A DNA stretch of 50,094 bases. Source: Candidatus Bathyarchaeia archaeon (GTDB lineage: Archaea; Thermoproteota; Bathyarchaeia; Bathyarchaeales; Bathycorpusculaceae). The stretch spans positions 1 to 50,094 of the forward strand of contig JBEKGO010000017.1 in NCBI GenBank assembly GCA_050012755.1, read 5' to 3'. A program made the position numbers and the translations under genes. The notes beneath the pieces were generated by a model, which worked only from the letters and a program-made list of their open reading frames with translations, had not been told where the DNA came from and did not search any database. This document shows, piece after piece, positions 10,822 to 21,163 of the stretch. Numbering within the stretch: the first letter of the stretch is position 1; every line of letters begins with the position of its first letter.

Positions 10822-12324
10822 TTACCGTCCTAGCAGTTTAGAAACATCTTCTGCGGTGACTATTCCCAGTACTTTCTTTTCGATGTCAATAACTGGAAGA
10901 GCAGAAATATTATGTTGCGCCATCCGTTTTGAAGCAACCTCTAATGGCTCATCTGGTTTAGCGGTAAAGACATTGTGCGTTTCGATGTCGGCTAAAGCCT
11001 TTTTGCCTTCAGCCATAGCCCGAGTGACATCCCACGAAGTAACTATTCCCTTTAATTTGCCAACGTTATCAATCACAACTATGTGGTTAACTGATTTGGT
11101 GACGATTCGATGGGCAATGGCTTGTATTTCCTCATTTTCAGTACATGTTACTGCTGGGTGCATTACGCTGACGACAAATGGTATTTCTTCAGTTTGCCGC
11201 ATAGGTTTAAAGATACTATCATTTGGTAAACGCTCAACAGGCGATGTTAAGAAAAATGAGCCTTCCTCAATCCAAGATTTCAATGTTTGAGAAACTTTCT
11301 TAGCCATCTTTGTGCTCGATAAAGAGCTTACTCTAACTTTCTTATCATTGATAATTATAGAGCCAGACTTTAGCTCTTTATAACTTACCTGTCTAAGTTT
11401 CGGTCGGTCCCTACGCGGCACGCTATAATCAACAACGTCAGTCATGATTTCGCTATCGCGAATCGCTGTCTTCTTAGCCAAGCCCTCATTGAGAATTGGG
11501 ATAGGGATGCCTAACCCGACATACATTGTAGTGCCATATTTAGTGAAAGCAGCACCCTGCAAAAACTCAGGCGACATCTTCTTTGCGTCTCCCTTAACCA
11601 TTAAGGTCCCGTTCAGGTTTTTGGGGCTGTGCTGTGTGCCTTCGCCAATAACGTATCCTTGTCCTCCGCCAAGGAAGATGCGGGTACCCATGCCGATGGT
11701 TTCATAGTCGGGGTCATTCATGAGGGGATTTAATTCGCCTGCACCAGAAAACGTGGCGTTTCGCAGTCTTGGCAGAAGTTTGCTCATGTAAGTGTAAATT
11801 GTTTCGTCGCTGGTGTTTACGGCGCAGTTGTAGCGTTGGTAGCAGTTGCGGAAGTTCAATAGGTAAAACTGGTTTAGATCGTCTTTTGTTATGTTTGTTT
11901 TAATTTGAGTTCTTGGATAACAGTCTGTTCCATATCCGTCTGCGCGGAGCTCAACTTCTTTTCCAGCTACTAAGTCCTGGATTAAGTGGCCACCCCCGTA
12001 TTCGAACGGCTGTTTTTCCGACATGCTAGTTGCGCCGATAAACAGGTCGACCGCTGCCCCTGGATGGCAAACTTCTACGTCGTTCATCCATGCATGATCA
12101 ATCTTTATTGGCGGATCAGAATGGCCAAGGTTAATAACTGCACCTGATGAACACATGGCTCCAAAAGTGCCTGTTGTTACTACGTCAACTTCTTTGAAGG
12201 CAACTTCAACGCCGCTGCTTTCCACTAGTTTTTTCATTTCTTCAGCGGTTAAAACCTGAACATCGCCGTTTTTAATTTTCTGGTTAATTTCTTCTACTGT
12301 CCTAGTTTTAGCTTGTTTAGACAA
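10822..12324 (-). CDS. L-aspartate semialdehyde sulfurtransferase (DUF39 + CBS; homocysteine biosynthesis, MA1821-like)
   Basis: VDVVTTGTFGAMCSSGA, YGGGH, GTDCYPR; C-terminal CBS pair; probable TTG start 12324 (track start 12387). Confidence 0.92.
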   Translation of the reverse strand: MSKQAKTRTVEEINQKIKNGDVQVLTAEEMKKLVESSGVEVAFKEVDVVTTGTFGAMCSSGAVINLGHSDPPIKIDHAWMNDVEVCHPGAAVDLFIGATSMSEKQPFEYGGGHLIQDLVAGKEVELRADGYGTDCYPRTQIKTNITKDDLNQFYLLNFRNCYQRYNCAVNTSDETIYTYMSKLLPRLRNATFSGAGELNPLMNDPDYETIGMGTRIFLGGGQGYVIGEGTQHSPKNLNGTLMVKGDAKKMSPEFLQGAAFTKYGTTMYVGLGIPIPILNEGLAKKTAIRDSEIMTDVVDYSVPRRDRPKLRQVSYKELKSGSIIINDKKVRVSSLSSTKMAKKVSQTLKSWIEEGSFFLTSPVERLPNDSIFKPMRQTEEIPFVVSVMHPAVTCTENEEIQAIAHRIVTKSVNHIVVIDNVGKLKGIVTSWDVTRAMAEGKKALADIETHNVFTAKPDEPLEVASKRMAQHNISALPVIDIEKKVLGIVTAEDVSKLLGR

Positions 12325-12484
12325 AATAGGTACCTTAATGCCAATCGAAAAGGCAGCGCAAGTTAATATTTTTTGCGCAATAACCAATCAATTCACTGCA
12401 CTTTTGGCTGAACAAATAACTGACTAATAGCAAAGAATTGAACAAACTGAACTAAACCCTACTTAAGAACAGAATACATAGGGA

Positions 12485-12538
12485 TCCGAACTCATTTGGG
12501 TTCAAATTCGATAGAGATTTGAACCCAAATGGGTCGGA
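12485..12538. repeat. Strong inverted repeat / hairpin
   Basis: Perfect 15-bp arms CATTTGGGTTCAAAT (12493-12507) / ATTTGAACCCAAATG (12517-12531), 9-nt loop, extended by TCCGA/TCGGA. Confidence 0.85.
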
Positions 12539-12576
12539 ACCAATGACCACCTAACGGAAAGCTGGAAAATCTGCAA

Positions 12577-12831
12577 CTACTCAACAGTATAAAGTGGTTG
12601 TGCGTAAGAGTCTTGTGTTTCAAAAGGTATTGATTTGGTAACGCGAAGAATGCTTGCAGCAGGACCAGACGTAACGTAGATGATTTCAACTTCTGGGAAT
12701 TGCGTCTTAATTAATTCTCTAATTTTATCAAAGTCTTTGTAGTTCGCTTTAAATATGAGTGCTCTCGGCTTGATTTTTTTTGAACAAGCAGTTTCCGAAG
12801 CCGAAGGTACTTCATGCGCTTCTTGCGCCAT
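12577..12831 (-). CDS. Small hypothetical protein
   Basis: ATG at 12831 with AGGAGG upstream; protein-like C-terminal part of track ORF 12577..13002. Confidence 0.55.
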   Translation of the reverse strand: MAQEAHEVPSASETACSKKIKPRALIFKANYKDFDKIRELIKTQFPEVEIIYVTSGPAASILRVTKSIPFETQDSYAQPLYTVE

Positions 12832-12853
12832 ATCTTCCACTTGGTTGCCTCCT

Positions 12854-13426
12854 TTAGAAGATAATTCTATCTCGGGTTTTTCCACACCTACTCTGCCCCC
12901 ATTCTTTTGGTCCCAAAACAGGGAAAGGGAATGTTTTTTGTTTTTGTGACGCTTCCTTTGCACTAGTAAGATCGCTCTGCAATTCATCTCCTTTGCTGAC
13001 AAATTTCTTTCTCATCAACTCATCAATTTCATGGTAAATACTCTTGTCTGACTTAGAAATCACAGGCAAACCAACATCTTCTGTTGTTTGTGTGGCCACA
13101 GCGTTTATCCTCTTCGCATTGCTCTTCCGTTCTTTCAAATAATCTTTGTAATTCGAATGCTTCTCTTTCCATTCACGTCCGTAGTTTGGGTGCTCCTTAC
13201 GCCATTCACTCATATAGTTCGGATGCTTCTGATTCCAAGTTTCCCTATAATGCCTCTGTTTCTCTCTGTTTCTACTTTTCCATTCCTTCATGTAGTTCGG
13301 GTGTTTCTTAATCCATTCACTCCGGTAGTCCGGATGCTTCTTATTCGAGTTATCTATTGTTTCCGTAAGGACCTCTGGTTGACTAGTTTGCCACATATGT
13401 TCCTTTTTTTCATTCTCAGTCAGCAT
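12854..13426 (-). CDS. Hypothetical basic protein with HPNY/W helical repeats
   Basis: About 5 repeats of W-x-x-K/E-H-P-N-Y. Confidence 0.6.
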   Translation of the reverse strand: MLTENEKKEHMWQTSQPEVLTETIDNSNKKHPDYRSEWIKKHPNYMKEWKSRNREKQRHYRETWNQKHPNYMSEWRKEHPNYGREWKEKHSNYKDYLKERKSNAKRINAVATQTTEDVGLPVISKSDKSIYHEIDELMRKKFVSKGDELQSDLTSAKEASQKQKTFPFPVLGPKEWGQSRCGKTRDRIIF

Positions 13427-13650
13427 CTTTTCAACCCCGTAACATTCTTTTCTATTCTATTGCGAAGGGTTTGCTGAGGCTCTGGAAGAGATTACAGGAA
13501 GAAAAGAATGGAGAAAAGAAGACTAAGCCATTCTTCAACCGCGACAACGTTAATTTATCCAAAGCCCACTCAGCCCCGTTTTTTTACTGTGTTTTTTTTA
13601 TATTCCCAAAAAAAGGGAAGGGAAATTGATTTTCTATTTGCTGCATCGTT

Positions 13651-16314
13651 TTATGGTCGTTTTCGAAGCATCATTATTACTACTAAAGCGAGGACTATGA
13701 TGATTAAGACGAATAGTCCAGCGATAGCAGGAACAAAGTATGTATCAGCAACGGATGTTGCAGTTGTAGCGGTTGGCGTTGATGTTGATGCTGGTGTGCC
13801 GGCATAGATTAGTGTCGATGCTGAAGACGCATAGTAACTGTTGGAACCTGCAAAGCTCGCGTATACTTTGTAGCCGCCTGGTATGTCTGGGGTCCAAGTG
13901 TAGCCAAAGGTGCCTAGTGCATCAGATGTGGTTGTGCCTATTGTTCTGTAATTGTTGTTTGCGTCAAGAACACTCAAAGTGATTGGAACGCCTGTAATAT
14001 CTGCTGGCATAGCTTGTTGCTGGTAAACGGCTTCCATAAAGTGACTCTGGCTTTGTTCAGATACGCATGGTAGGCCGTTGGGGAAGTTCGATTTGACTAG
14101 TTGTTGTTGAGCGCCTGCAGAGACATCGGTTATTTTTCCTGTTATGGTTATTGGTGTTTCGGTTGTGACTCCAACGCTAGGTGCTGAAACAGTAATAGAG
14201 CTCGGTCCTTTGCCCATAGCGTATAATTGGTTGTCATAAGCGTTTAGTGACACAAGAATTCCGTACGCAATCGCTGTTGAAGTAACACTTGTATCCAGTT
14301 CGCTCCATAATAGCTTTCCGTTAGTAGTGTTTACTGCAATTAGCTGTGCTCCGTGGAATAGCGGTGGATCGTATTCGTGACCAACAGCAAAGTATCCTAC
14401 ACCTGGTGACAAGCAACTGCTGGCAAAAGTCCATAATGGCCAAACGCCGTAGGGTGTTTCGATTCCTGGGTCTCCGACCAGTGCTGTTGTGTTTGTGTAC
14501 CATCTTAATGTTCCGTCTAAGTTCCGGCACCATATATCTCCACCCAAGCCTTCTAAGTAGATGGCATCGCTGGTGAAGAATTGTCTATAGCTGAATTGAT
14601 CGTAGTTGTTCACTTTGGCTCCATTTAAGCCTGTATTAGTTTGTTCCCATAGTTTGACACCAGTGCGCACATCGAAAGCGGCTTCCACGTTATTAACGTC
14701 GTTGGTGATCACAATCATTCCTTGCCCTATAGCATTGTAACCTGTTACCCGTGTATATGGTAGCAATGCGTCAGTTTGTGTATAGGTTATGTTCTTCAAA
14801 AACAGCTGTGTGCCAGTGTATTGATCGAAATCGCAGAGAACTAGCCAGCCCGCGGTTTCTCCTCCGACGCCTTGTCCATGAACGAATCCTGCGGTCATAA
14901 CTACTGCGTTGTTAGTTAAACAATTGATGTAGAGTGCTGCGGGACTAAATGGTACACCTGATATGTTGGTAGGTACTGCGACATCGTACATGTATCCAGT
15001 TTTCATTTCTTGCACTGTGTTCAGCGCTGGTTGCCATGAACCACCAGTTTGCCCAATCGCAACAGTCATGTTGACAGCGGTTAAGTGTGGTCCTGTTTGT
15101 GTTGAGATCACGTTTTGTCCTGCTTGTGGATGAACCATTTCTGTGCCAGCAGTGTTGTTAATGAAGTAGCCAATCATGTCTCCTTGATCATCTGTTCCAA
15201 TAGTTAGAGCAGAACCGTTGACAATGCTGAGTAGATAATGTCCTGTGAAAGCATCATACATGTTCCACTGTGTTAGCCCAGCAGCGTTTGCGGGAATAGT
15301 GCCGCCTGTGTCACCTGGTGGTAGCGTTCCAGTGGTCCAGATGAAGGGACCGAGACAGCCGTATTGGTTAACCTGCTTATACTGTACAACCATACCGCAT
15401 CTCAAAGTGTTTGTGGTGTTTATTGTCCATATCGTATTTCCGGTGTATAAGTCGACACATTGTATACCTTGTCCCATGTTTGTGCCCATGTTTGTGTCAA
15501 ATGTCTGAGAGTAAATTCTACCGTTAATTATGACTGGGGCATATTTAGGCTGGTATTGTGACGTTGACCAATAATGACCTGTATCTTCAGTTCCACCTGC
15601 AATTCCGCCAGCTACACCACCTGCCGCCCAAGGCTTTGTCCATAGTATGTGACCAGAGAGAACATCAGAAGTGTAAGGATTTTGATAGCTAGAACAATTG
15701 TATGCGCCGGTGGTTGCAAATGAATTCGCACCGTATCCTAGCCATGGTCCCATAATGGCATACCAGTTTTGCACGTTCATTGCGGATACAGGGGTCTGCC
15801 ACCAACTTGTTGGAAGCGGAGTAAATGGATAACTAGTGTGCGTTATCGGTTCTTGCTGCACTATAAGGGTTACCACCTCACTTTGGCTGGGATCGTTAAT
15901 AAGTCCCGCCCATGAGTTTGGTCCTGGGGTTCCTGCAAGTACTTGTCCAAGATATATGAATTGGAATGTATAGTTGCCAGCGGTTGGTGGAACGAAATTG
16001 TAATATGTGCCTCCGGTGGTGTCACCTGTAAATGGTCCTAGTGTGGTAACTTTTCCCGATGGGTCTACTTCTCTAACTGTCATGTTCACGGGTCTTTCAC
16101 TTGTTTCTAGTGGTGTTGCAAGGAAGAAGTTGACGTTTACTGTTTGACCAACGCCGACTGGGTTAGGAGCGACATTGATTCGAGCATATGTTGGAATGTG
16201 GGTTCCTGTTGGAGGATAAACTTGGCCGAGCGTCGGTCGGGTTGCAACTATCATAGAGAGCATAAGTATTGCTGTAAGCAAAATTATCGCGGATTTCTTA
16301 TTTAGTTTTTTCAT
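13651..16314 (-). CDS. Secreted, membrane-anchored PQQ-like beta-propeller protein (paralog 1)
   Basis: Signal peptide, PNPVGVGQ Ig-like N-terminus, D-x-x-TG-x-x-x-W repeats, Thr linker, C-terminal TM + KRP. Confidence 0.85.
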   Translation of the reverse strand: MKKLNKKSAIILLTAILMLSMIVATRPTLGQVYPPTGTHIPTYARINVAPNPVGVGQTVNVNFFLATPLETSERPVNMTVREVDPSGKVTTLGPFTGDTTGGTYYNFVPPTAGNYTFQFIYLGQVLAGTPGPNSWAGLINDPSQSEVVTLIVQQEPITHTSYPFTPLPTSWWQTPVSAMNVQNWYAIMGPWLGYGANSFATTGAYNCSSYQNPYTSDVLSGHILWTKPWAAGGVAGGIAGGTEDTGHYWSTSQYQPKYAPVIINGRIYSQTFDTNMGTNMGQGIQCVDLYTGNTIWTINTTNTLRCGMVVQYKQVNQYGCLGPFIWTTGTLPPGDTGGTIPANAAGLTQWNMYDAFTGHYLLSIVNGSALTIGTDDQGDMIGYFINNTAGTEMVHPQAGQNVISTQTGPHLTAVNMTVAIGQTGGSWQPALNTVQEMKTGYMYDVAVPTNISGVPFSPAALYINCLTNNAVVMTAGFVHGQGVGGETAGWLVLCDFDQYTGTQLFLKNITYTQTDALLPYTRVTGYNAIGQGMIVITNDVNNVEAAFDVRTGVKLWEQTNTGLNGAKVNNYDQFSYRQFFTSDAIYLEGLGGDIWCRNLDGTLRWYTNTTALVGDPGIETPYGVWPLWTFASSCLSPGVGYFAVGHEYDPPLFHGAQLIAVNTTNGKLLWSELDTSVTSTAIAYGILVSLNAYDNQLYAMGKGPSSITVSAPSVGVTTETPITITGKITDVSAGAQQQLVKSNFPNGLPCVSEQSQSHFMEAVYQQQAMPADITGVPITLSVLDANNNYRTIGTTTSDALGTFGYTWTPDIPGGYKVYASFAGSNSYYASSASTLIYAGTPASTSTPTATTATSVADTYFVPAIAGLFVLIIIVLALVVIMMLRKRP

Positions 16315-16373
16315 TTTTATTTTCTCCTTAATTTTGTAGTTTAGAGTCTAATGAAAAGCGCTAATAAGGCTGG

Positions 16374-16388
16374 CTCACGTATCGTGAG
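16374..16388. promoter_or_regulatory. Palindromic operator copy 1
   Basis: CTCACG-TAT-CGTGAG just upstream of minus-strand TATA-like CTTATTAG. Confidence 0.75.
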
Positions 16389-16500
16389 TACAAAAAAGCG
16401 ATAACCTTTTTTGAGATTACAACCAAGCGTGTGAGTTTTAGACCCTATTTATCGAAAGAAGAGAAAATATCTTATAGAAAGAATGCACAAGATAGGCACT

Positions 16501-17170
16501 ATGTCTGCTAACATGTATCCTACAGAGCGGATGATAATAGAGTCCGTCGGGGCAATTATTTGTTTTGTTCTTGTGAGGTTCATGATAAAACCGTATAAGC
16601 TCACTAGAGAGGGAAGTTAACTCGGCTTACCGCTCGGATTTGCTTTTCTAGGCATATCATTTGCTCTTGCAGCTATAGCGTATTCCCCCCTAGCTATGGC
16701 CCAGAATTAATGTGGCTTCCATTTCTAGCAAGAACATTTGCGTTTGTGTTTCTTGCAACCACATACTTGTTTTCAAACAGGAAATCAAAGAGTGGCCAAG
16801 TGTTGGGAGAGATAACTATAAGTCTGTTAATCATTGCACTTGCCAGTTCAGTTCTACTTGCTTTTGTTGCCCCACAATTTGCTTTCGCGGGTTACTCACA
16901 AGCTAATGTGTACTTGAGGATTTTCAATGTAATCTGTCTCGCCTATATTTCAATCTGCACGCTCCGAAGTCATGTAAAGAATCCTCATCCAACCACGATT
17001 TGGATTCCTTTCGGTTTTATTTTTCTAGCAATGAGCCAATACTCGTTACTTTTTTGGTATATTGATTCAAGCTTTTCGGCATTTGTAGGATCCTTGGTTG
17101 TTCGTTTTGCGAGTTTAGCTATCTTTCTTTTTGTCGCGTATCGAACTTTCTACGGTTCAGACAAAAAAAG
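16501..17170 (+). pseudogene. Decayed duplicate of the multi-TM protein at 20185
   Basis: Colinear with 20185..20871; in-frame TAA at 16618-16620, frameshift near 16700; downstream wHTH gene absent. Confidence 0.85.
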
Positions 17171-17200
17171 GGGAAATGTTGTTTTTGTTTGTGTTTTGTT

Positions 17201-20002
17201 TTAGGGTCGTTTTCTCAGCGACAGCATAATCAAAGCGCCAACTATTGCGACGGCGAGTATTATCGCGACTCCGATGCCTACGACGTACATTTGGGTTGGT
17301 TGCAGGTTAACTGGTTGCGCTGTTGCAGTTGGCATTGTTATTGGTGCATTCATTACTGTGAAGCTTGTTGAAGCAGAAGATGGCCAGTAGCCGTTTGTGC
17401 CCGCGAATTGGGCGTAGACCGTGTAGTTGCCTGCGATGTCAGGAGTCCAAGTTAGGGTGTACATGCCGTTTATGTTTGTTGTAGCTGTGCCGATTGTCCG
17501 GTAGTTGCCGTTAGAGTCCAAAACGTAGAGTTGCACTGGGACACCGGTGAAGGTTGTGGGCATTGGCTGCTGCTGGTAAACATAGCTCATCCAAGCACTC
17601 ATGCTTTCGTCAGATGCACATGGAACACCGTTGGGGAAGTCTGATGTCTGCTCGGTCTGTCGTGTGCCAGCAGAGATATCCATCTCTGTACCTCTAATCA
17701 CAATAGGTGTTCCCAACGATGTGCCAACGTCGGGCGCTGAAACTATAGTTGCGCTGGGTCCTCTGCCTACACTGTAGATTGAATTGTCATAGCCATTGAG
17801 AGACACTGAATAGCCGTCTGCTATGGCACCTGTTTCCAAAGCTCCGACAGGTGAACCCGCTTCGGACGTAACTTCAATTAGGCTCCAAATTAGTTTCCCG
17901 TCTGTCGCGTTGATGGCTTGTTGCGTAGCGCCTTTGTAAATTGGGTCTTCGACCGTATGCTCAGTAGTTGTAGTGTAGATTACTCCGTTGCCGATAGCCA
18001 TTATAGACATTGGGTATGGACCTGGAGTTTCAAAGCCGCTGTTGGTGCTGTTGCCTGCGCCGCCGTTACCGTAAGTCCACAGCAGGTTTCCAGTTTGCAA
18101 GTCGTAGCAGGACATTACTCCTCCGAAACCATCATAGTAAAGTCTACCGTACGCGTATGCTGCTCCGTTTTCGTTTCCGCCGCTATTGTAGCCTGAATTG
18201 TAGTACATTAGCTGGTTTTGTGATTGATTACCTATCGGACCCCACATTTGATGCCCGTTAACTAAGCTGTATCCTACAAACTGCATTGTCTCTTTGTAAA
18301 ATTCACAGAAGACCCCGTTTGTTGGGTCACCGTTGGCTGGTCCTGAGTAGCTGACAGTGATGTTACCTGCTGGTGGGTGAATGGTGTTGCTCCACAGCAT
18401 GCTGCCGACTGTGCCTACGGAGGCATTGAGGTTTACGGCGTAATATGTGTAGGGGGTTTGTGAGCCGCCTAATGCTGGGTAAGAGCCGCTTCTGAGGAGC
18501 ACTTTATCTCCTGCCCAACCTGCAACTATAGAGGGCACTGGTGTAATAGTGTTGAGCCATGATAACGAGACGTTCCAGTCATAACTGTACAATGAACTAC
18601 TGGAGTTTACTACATTACCATAAACTACGTAGTTAGAGGTTGCTGGTTGGTTTGGGTCGTTGCCTGCAGGTGTGCTTATTGCTGGTTGTGTAACGCTTGC
18701 ATACTGCGCTTGAGTGGTTGTTAAACTGGCGCCAGTAGTTATTGAGTCGTTGTATAGCGTTGGGCTTGTCATAACGGCTGCGTTAGTCCATGGGTTCTCC
18801 CATGTCTCCCAAAGCCTGGATGAATTCCACTCACTTAAGTACATCACCGGATTTGCTGCGTTGCCATTGTTTGTTAAGATAAGCTTCAGCTGTTCTCCTT
18901 GAGGACCAGGGACTGCTGTGCCAGAGGGGACACCGGTCACGTTAAAGAGAGGATCTCCTGTGTATGCGTCAAAGGCTCGGGCAAAGTTGGCCGTGAAAAG
19001 TATCGGTGGGTAAATGCCGTGCTGGTCTGGGTCCTCAAGGTCATAGACGTAGCCGAAGGATAATGCAGGTATCTGGGTGCTGCTCCACACGATTTTGCCT
19101 GTTCTAAGGTCTTGGCAGACAGTTGCTCCGGTACTGGCACCTGCAAACGATACAGGTAAAGTGTAGTAAAGGTATCCGTCGATTATTATGGGGTTAGTGA
19201 ATCGGCCGTTGTATGCTGACCCTTCAAAATATGAGGCACCTTGATTTGCAAATGTGTTGCCTCCGACGACTCCGCCCATATCAATTGGATAGGTCCACAT
19301 GACATGGCTGGTTTGAGGCCCTGAAGCTTCACCTGGAGGGTAATTGCAGCCTGCTGCACCGTTACCATATCCTGCTGAACCCGTGCCAAGCCAGTTTGAA
19401 GATATAGTGAACCAATAGGAATTTTCACCGTAGATGGGACGTGTCCAATATGTGGTTGGAAGTGGGGTGGTGGGGTAGTTTGTAACAGCTGCCTGCTGCA
19501 CTGTGCAGGTGCATGCTGCTGAACTGGGTAGATACGTGTCGTTGATGGATGCTGAGGTTGTGAGGTCATTGTTGACTGTCAGGGTTTGTCCGGGGAAGGT
19601 AAAGTTGAAGCTGTAGGTGCCTACTTCGGTGGGTGTGAAGTCGTAGAACTGGTTTGAGGTTGAGTCTGAGATAAATGGAAAAGTTATTGTGTTGGACGTA
19701 CCGTTTGGCGCTGTGATGGTGAGCTGGTAGTTGCGGAATCTGTAATTGTTGATTATCGCTGCATTGTCATAGATATTGGTTAGCCACATGTATACGGTTG
19801 CTGTCTGGCCGATTCCGATTGGGTTAGGAACAACCTGTACGTAAGCATATGTTTCAAGGTTCCATGGAGGCGTATGCGAACTAGCATTCGGTATGAGCAT
19901 TACTGAAGCACTCATTGAAACGGTCAAAAGCAAAGCGATCAGGGTTGCAAATGTTTTTTTGTTTATTCTTTGTAATTCTCTTTTGATTTTTAAGTTTGTC
20001 AT
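17201..20002 (-). CDS. Secreted, membrane-anchored PQQ-like beta-propeller protein (paralog 2)
   Basis: Same architecture as 13651..16314; FPNGVPCASD, WTPDI, C-terminal TM + KRP. Confidence 0.85.
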   Translation of the reverse strand: MTNLKIKRELQRINKKTFATLIALLLTVSMSASVMLIPNASSHTPPWNLETYAYVQVVPNPIGIGQTATVYMWLTNIYDNAAIINNYRFRNYQLTITAPNGTSNTITFPFISDSTSNQFYDFTPTEVGTYSFNFTFPGQTLTVNNDLTTSASINDTYLPSSAACTCTVQQAAVTNYPTTPLPTTYWTRPIYGENSYWFTISSNWLGTGSAGYGNGAAGCNYPPGEASGPQTSHVMWTYPIDMGGVVGGNTFANQGASYFEGSAYNGRFTNPIIIDGYLYYTLPVSFAGASTGATVCQDLRTGKIVWSSTQIPALSFGYVYDLEDPDQHGIYPPILFTANFARAFDAYTGDPLFNVTGVPSGTAVPGPQGEQLKLILTNNGNAANPVMYLSEWNSSRLWETWENPWTNAAVMTSPTLYNDSITTGASLTTTQAQYASVTQPAISTPAGNDPNQPATSNYVVYGNVVNSSSSLYSYDWNVSLSWLNTITPVPSIVAGWAGDKVLLRSGSYPALGGSQTPYTYYAVNLNASVGTVGSMLWSNTIHPPAGNITVSYSGPANGDPTNGVFCEFYKETMQFVGYSLVNGHQMWGPIGNQSQNQLMYYNSGYNSGGNENGAAYAYGRLYYDGFGGVMSCYDLQTGNLLWTYGNGGAGNSTNSGFETPGPYPMSIMAIGNGVIYTTTTEHTVEDPIYKGATQQAINATDGKLIWSLIEVTSEAGSPVGALETGAIADGYSVSLNGYDNSIYSVGRGPSATIVSAPDVGTSLGTPIVIRGTEMDISAGTRQTEQTSDFPNGVPCASDESMSAWMSYVYQQQPMPTTFTGVPVQLYVLDSNGNYRTIGTATTNINGMYTLTWTPDIAGNYTVYAQFAGTNGYWPSSASTSFTVMNAPITMPTATAQPVNLQPTQMYVVGIGVAIILAVAIVGALIMLSLRKRP

Positions 20003-20055
20003 TTGTTTTTCTCCTAATTTGTGGTTTCTTCATTGAGGGGAACGCTAATAAGCCT

Positions 20056-20074
20056 CACTCACGTATTGTGAGTG
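20056..20074. promoter_or_regulatory. Palindromic operator copy 2
   Basis: CACTCACG-TAT-TGTGAGTG adjacent to TATA-like element of the gene starting at 20002. Confidence 0.75.
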
Positions 20075-20184
20075 CAAAAAAATGATAAGTATTTTTTTGA
20101 GATTGCAACCAATCTCGTTAGTTTTAGACTATTAGTCGAAAAAAGCGAAATTAAATAAAGATCAAACACCAACAGATCAACACC

Positions 20185-20871
20185 ATGTTTGCTACTAATA
20201 TGTATCCTACCGAGCGGGTTATAATAGAGGTTGTTTCGACACTTCTTTGCTTTATTCTTGTCCGGTTCATGTTAAAGCCTTATAAGCTCACTGGAGAGGG
20301 AAGATATCTAGGTTTACCGCTTGGATTTGGTTTTCTAGGCATATCATTCGCCTTAGCAGCTCTATCATATTCCCCTCTAGCTCTAGGTCTTAACCCAAAA
20401 TTAATGTGGTTTACACTTTTAACAAGAACATTCGCGTTCGTATTCATTGCAACCACTTACTTATTTTCAAATAAGAAATCAAAAAATAGCCTGCTATTGG
20501 GAGAGATAACTATTAGTCTGTTATTCATTGTTCTCGCCAGTTTGCTTTCATTGACATTTATCACTACGCAATTTACTTTCAATAGTTATAGTCAATCTAA
20601 TGTATACTTCAGAATTTTTAATGTAATCTGCCTGTCTTACGTTGCTATCTTTACGCTAAGGAGTCATGTTAGAAATCCTGATCCAACAACGATTTGGATT
20701 CCTTTCGGTTTTATTTTTCTTGCAATAAGTCAGTATTCGTTGATATTTTGGTATGTTGATACAAGTTTCTCGGCATTTATAGGATCCTTGGTGACTCGTT
20801 TTGCAGGTTTAGCTATCTTTCTTTTTGTTGCCTATCGAACCTTCTATGGTTCAAACAAAAAGGATGGATGA
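20185..20871 (+). CDS. Multi-pass (~7 TM) membrane protein, putative sensor
   Basis: About 7 hydrophobic segments; stop abuts start of wHTH gene. Confidence 0.7.
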   Translation: MFATNMYPTERVIIEVVSTLLCFILVRFMLKPYKLTGEGRYLGLPLGFGFLGISFALAALSYSPLALGLNPKLMWFTLLTRTFAFVFIATTYLFSNKKSKNSLLLGEITISLLFIVLASLLSLTFITTQFTFNSYSQSNVYFRIFNVICLSYVAIFTLRSHVRNPDPTTIWIPFGFIFLAISQYSLIFWYVDTSFSAFIGSLVTRFAGLAIFLFVAYRTFYGSNKKDG

Positions 20872-20872
20872 A

Positions 20873-21163
20873 ATGAAGAAAATTCCTCGGAGGGACAAAT
20901 TAAAGATTTACGGGGATTTGTTGTCTGTACTGAGGAGCGAAGCTAATATTGAAAAAGTTGTGTTAACTCATATTCAGGTGCGAATTAACGTGCCTTTTGA
21001 TCGGCTTAAAAATTACATCACAGAACTTAAGAATCTTAATTTAATTGAAGATGAGACGTCGCTTAGACTTACTGAAAAGGGTAAGCAGTACCTCCAGGAG
21101 TACGAAAAAATTCTCGATTTCATGAAATCCATGGGACTCACCTATAGCAACAAGCTTGACTAG
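20873..21163 (+). CDS. Winged-helix transcription regulator (archaeal HTH_45-like)
   Basis: RRDKLKIYGDLL...THI...NVPFDRLKNYI...LTEKG pattern; ATG at 20873. Confidence 0.85.
   Translation: MKKIPRRDKLKIYGDLLSVLRSEANIEKVVLTHIQVRINVPFDRLKNYITELKNLNLIEDETSLRLTEKGKQYLQEYEKILDFMKSMGLTYSNKLD

Noticed and set aside
16710-17204. Stand-alone 164-aa membrane protein
   Set aside because: It is the 3' fragment of the pseudogene starting at 16501.
13651-20002. Diversity-generating retroelement acting on beta-propeller paralogs
   Set aside because: No reverse transcriptase and no near-identical TR/VR pair noticed; paralogs are diverged throughout.
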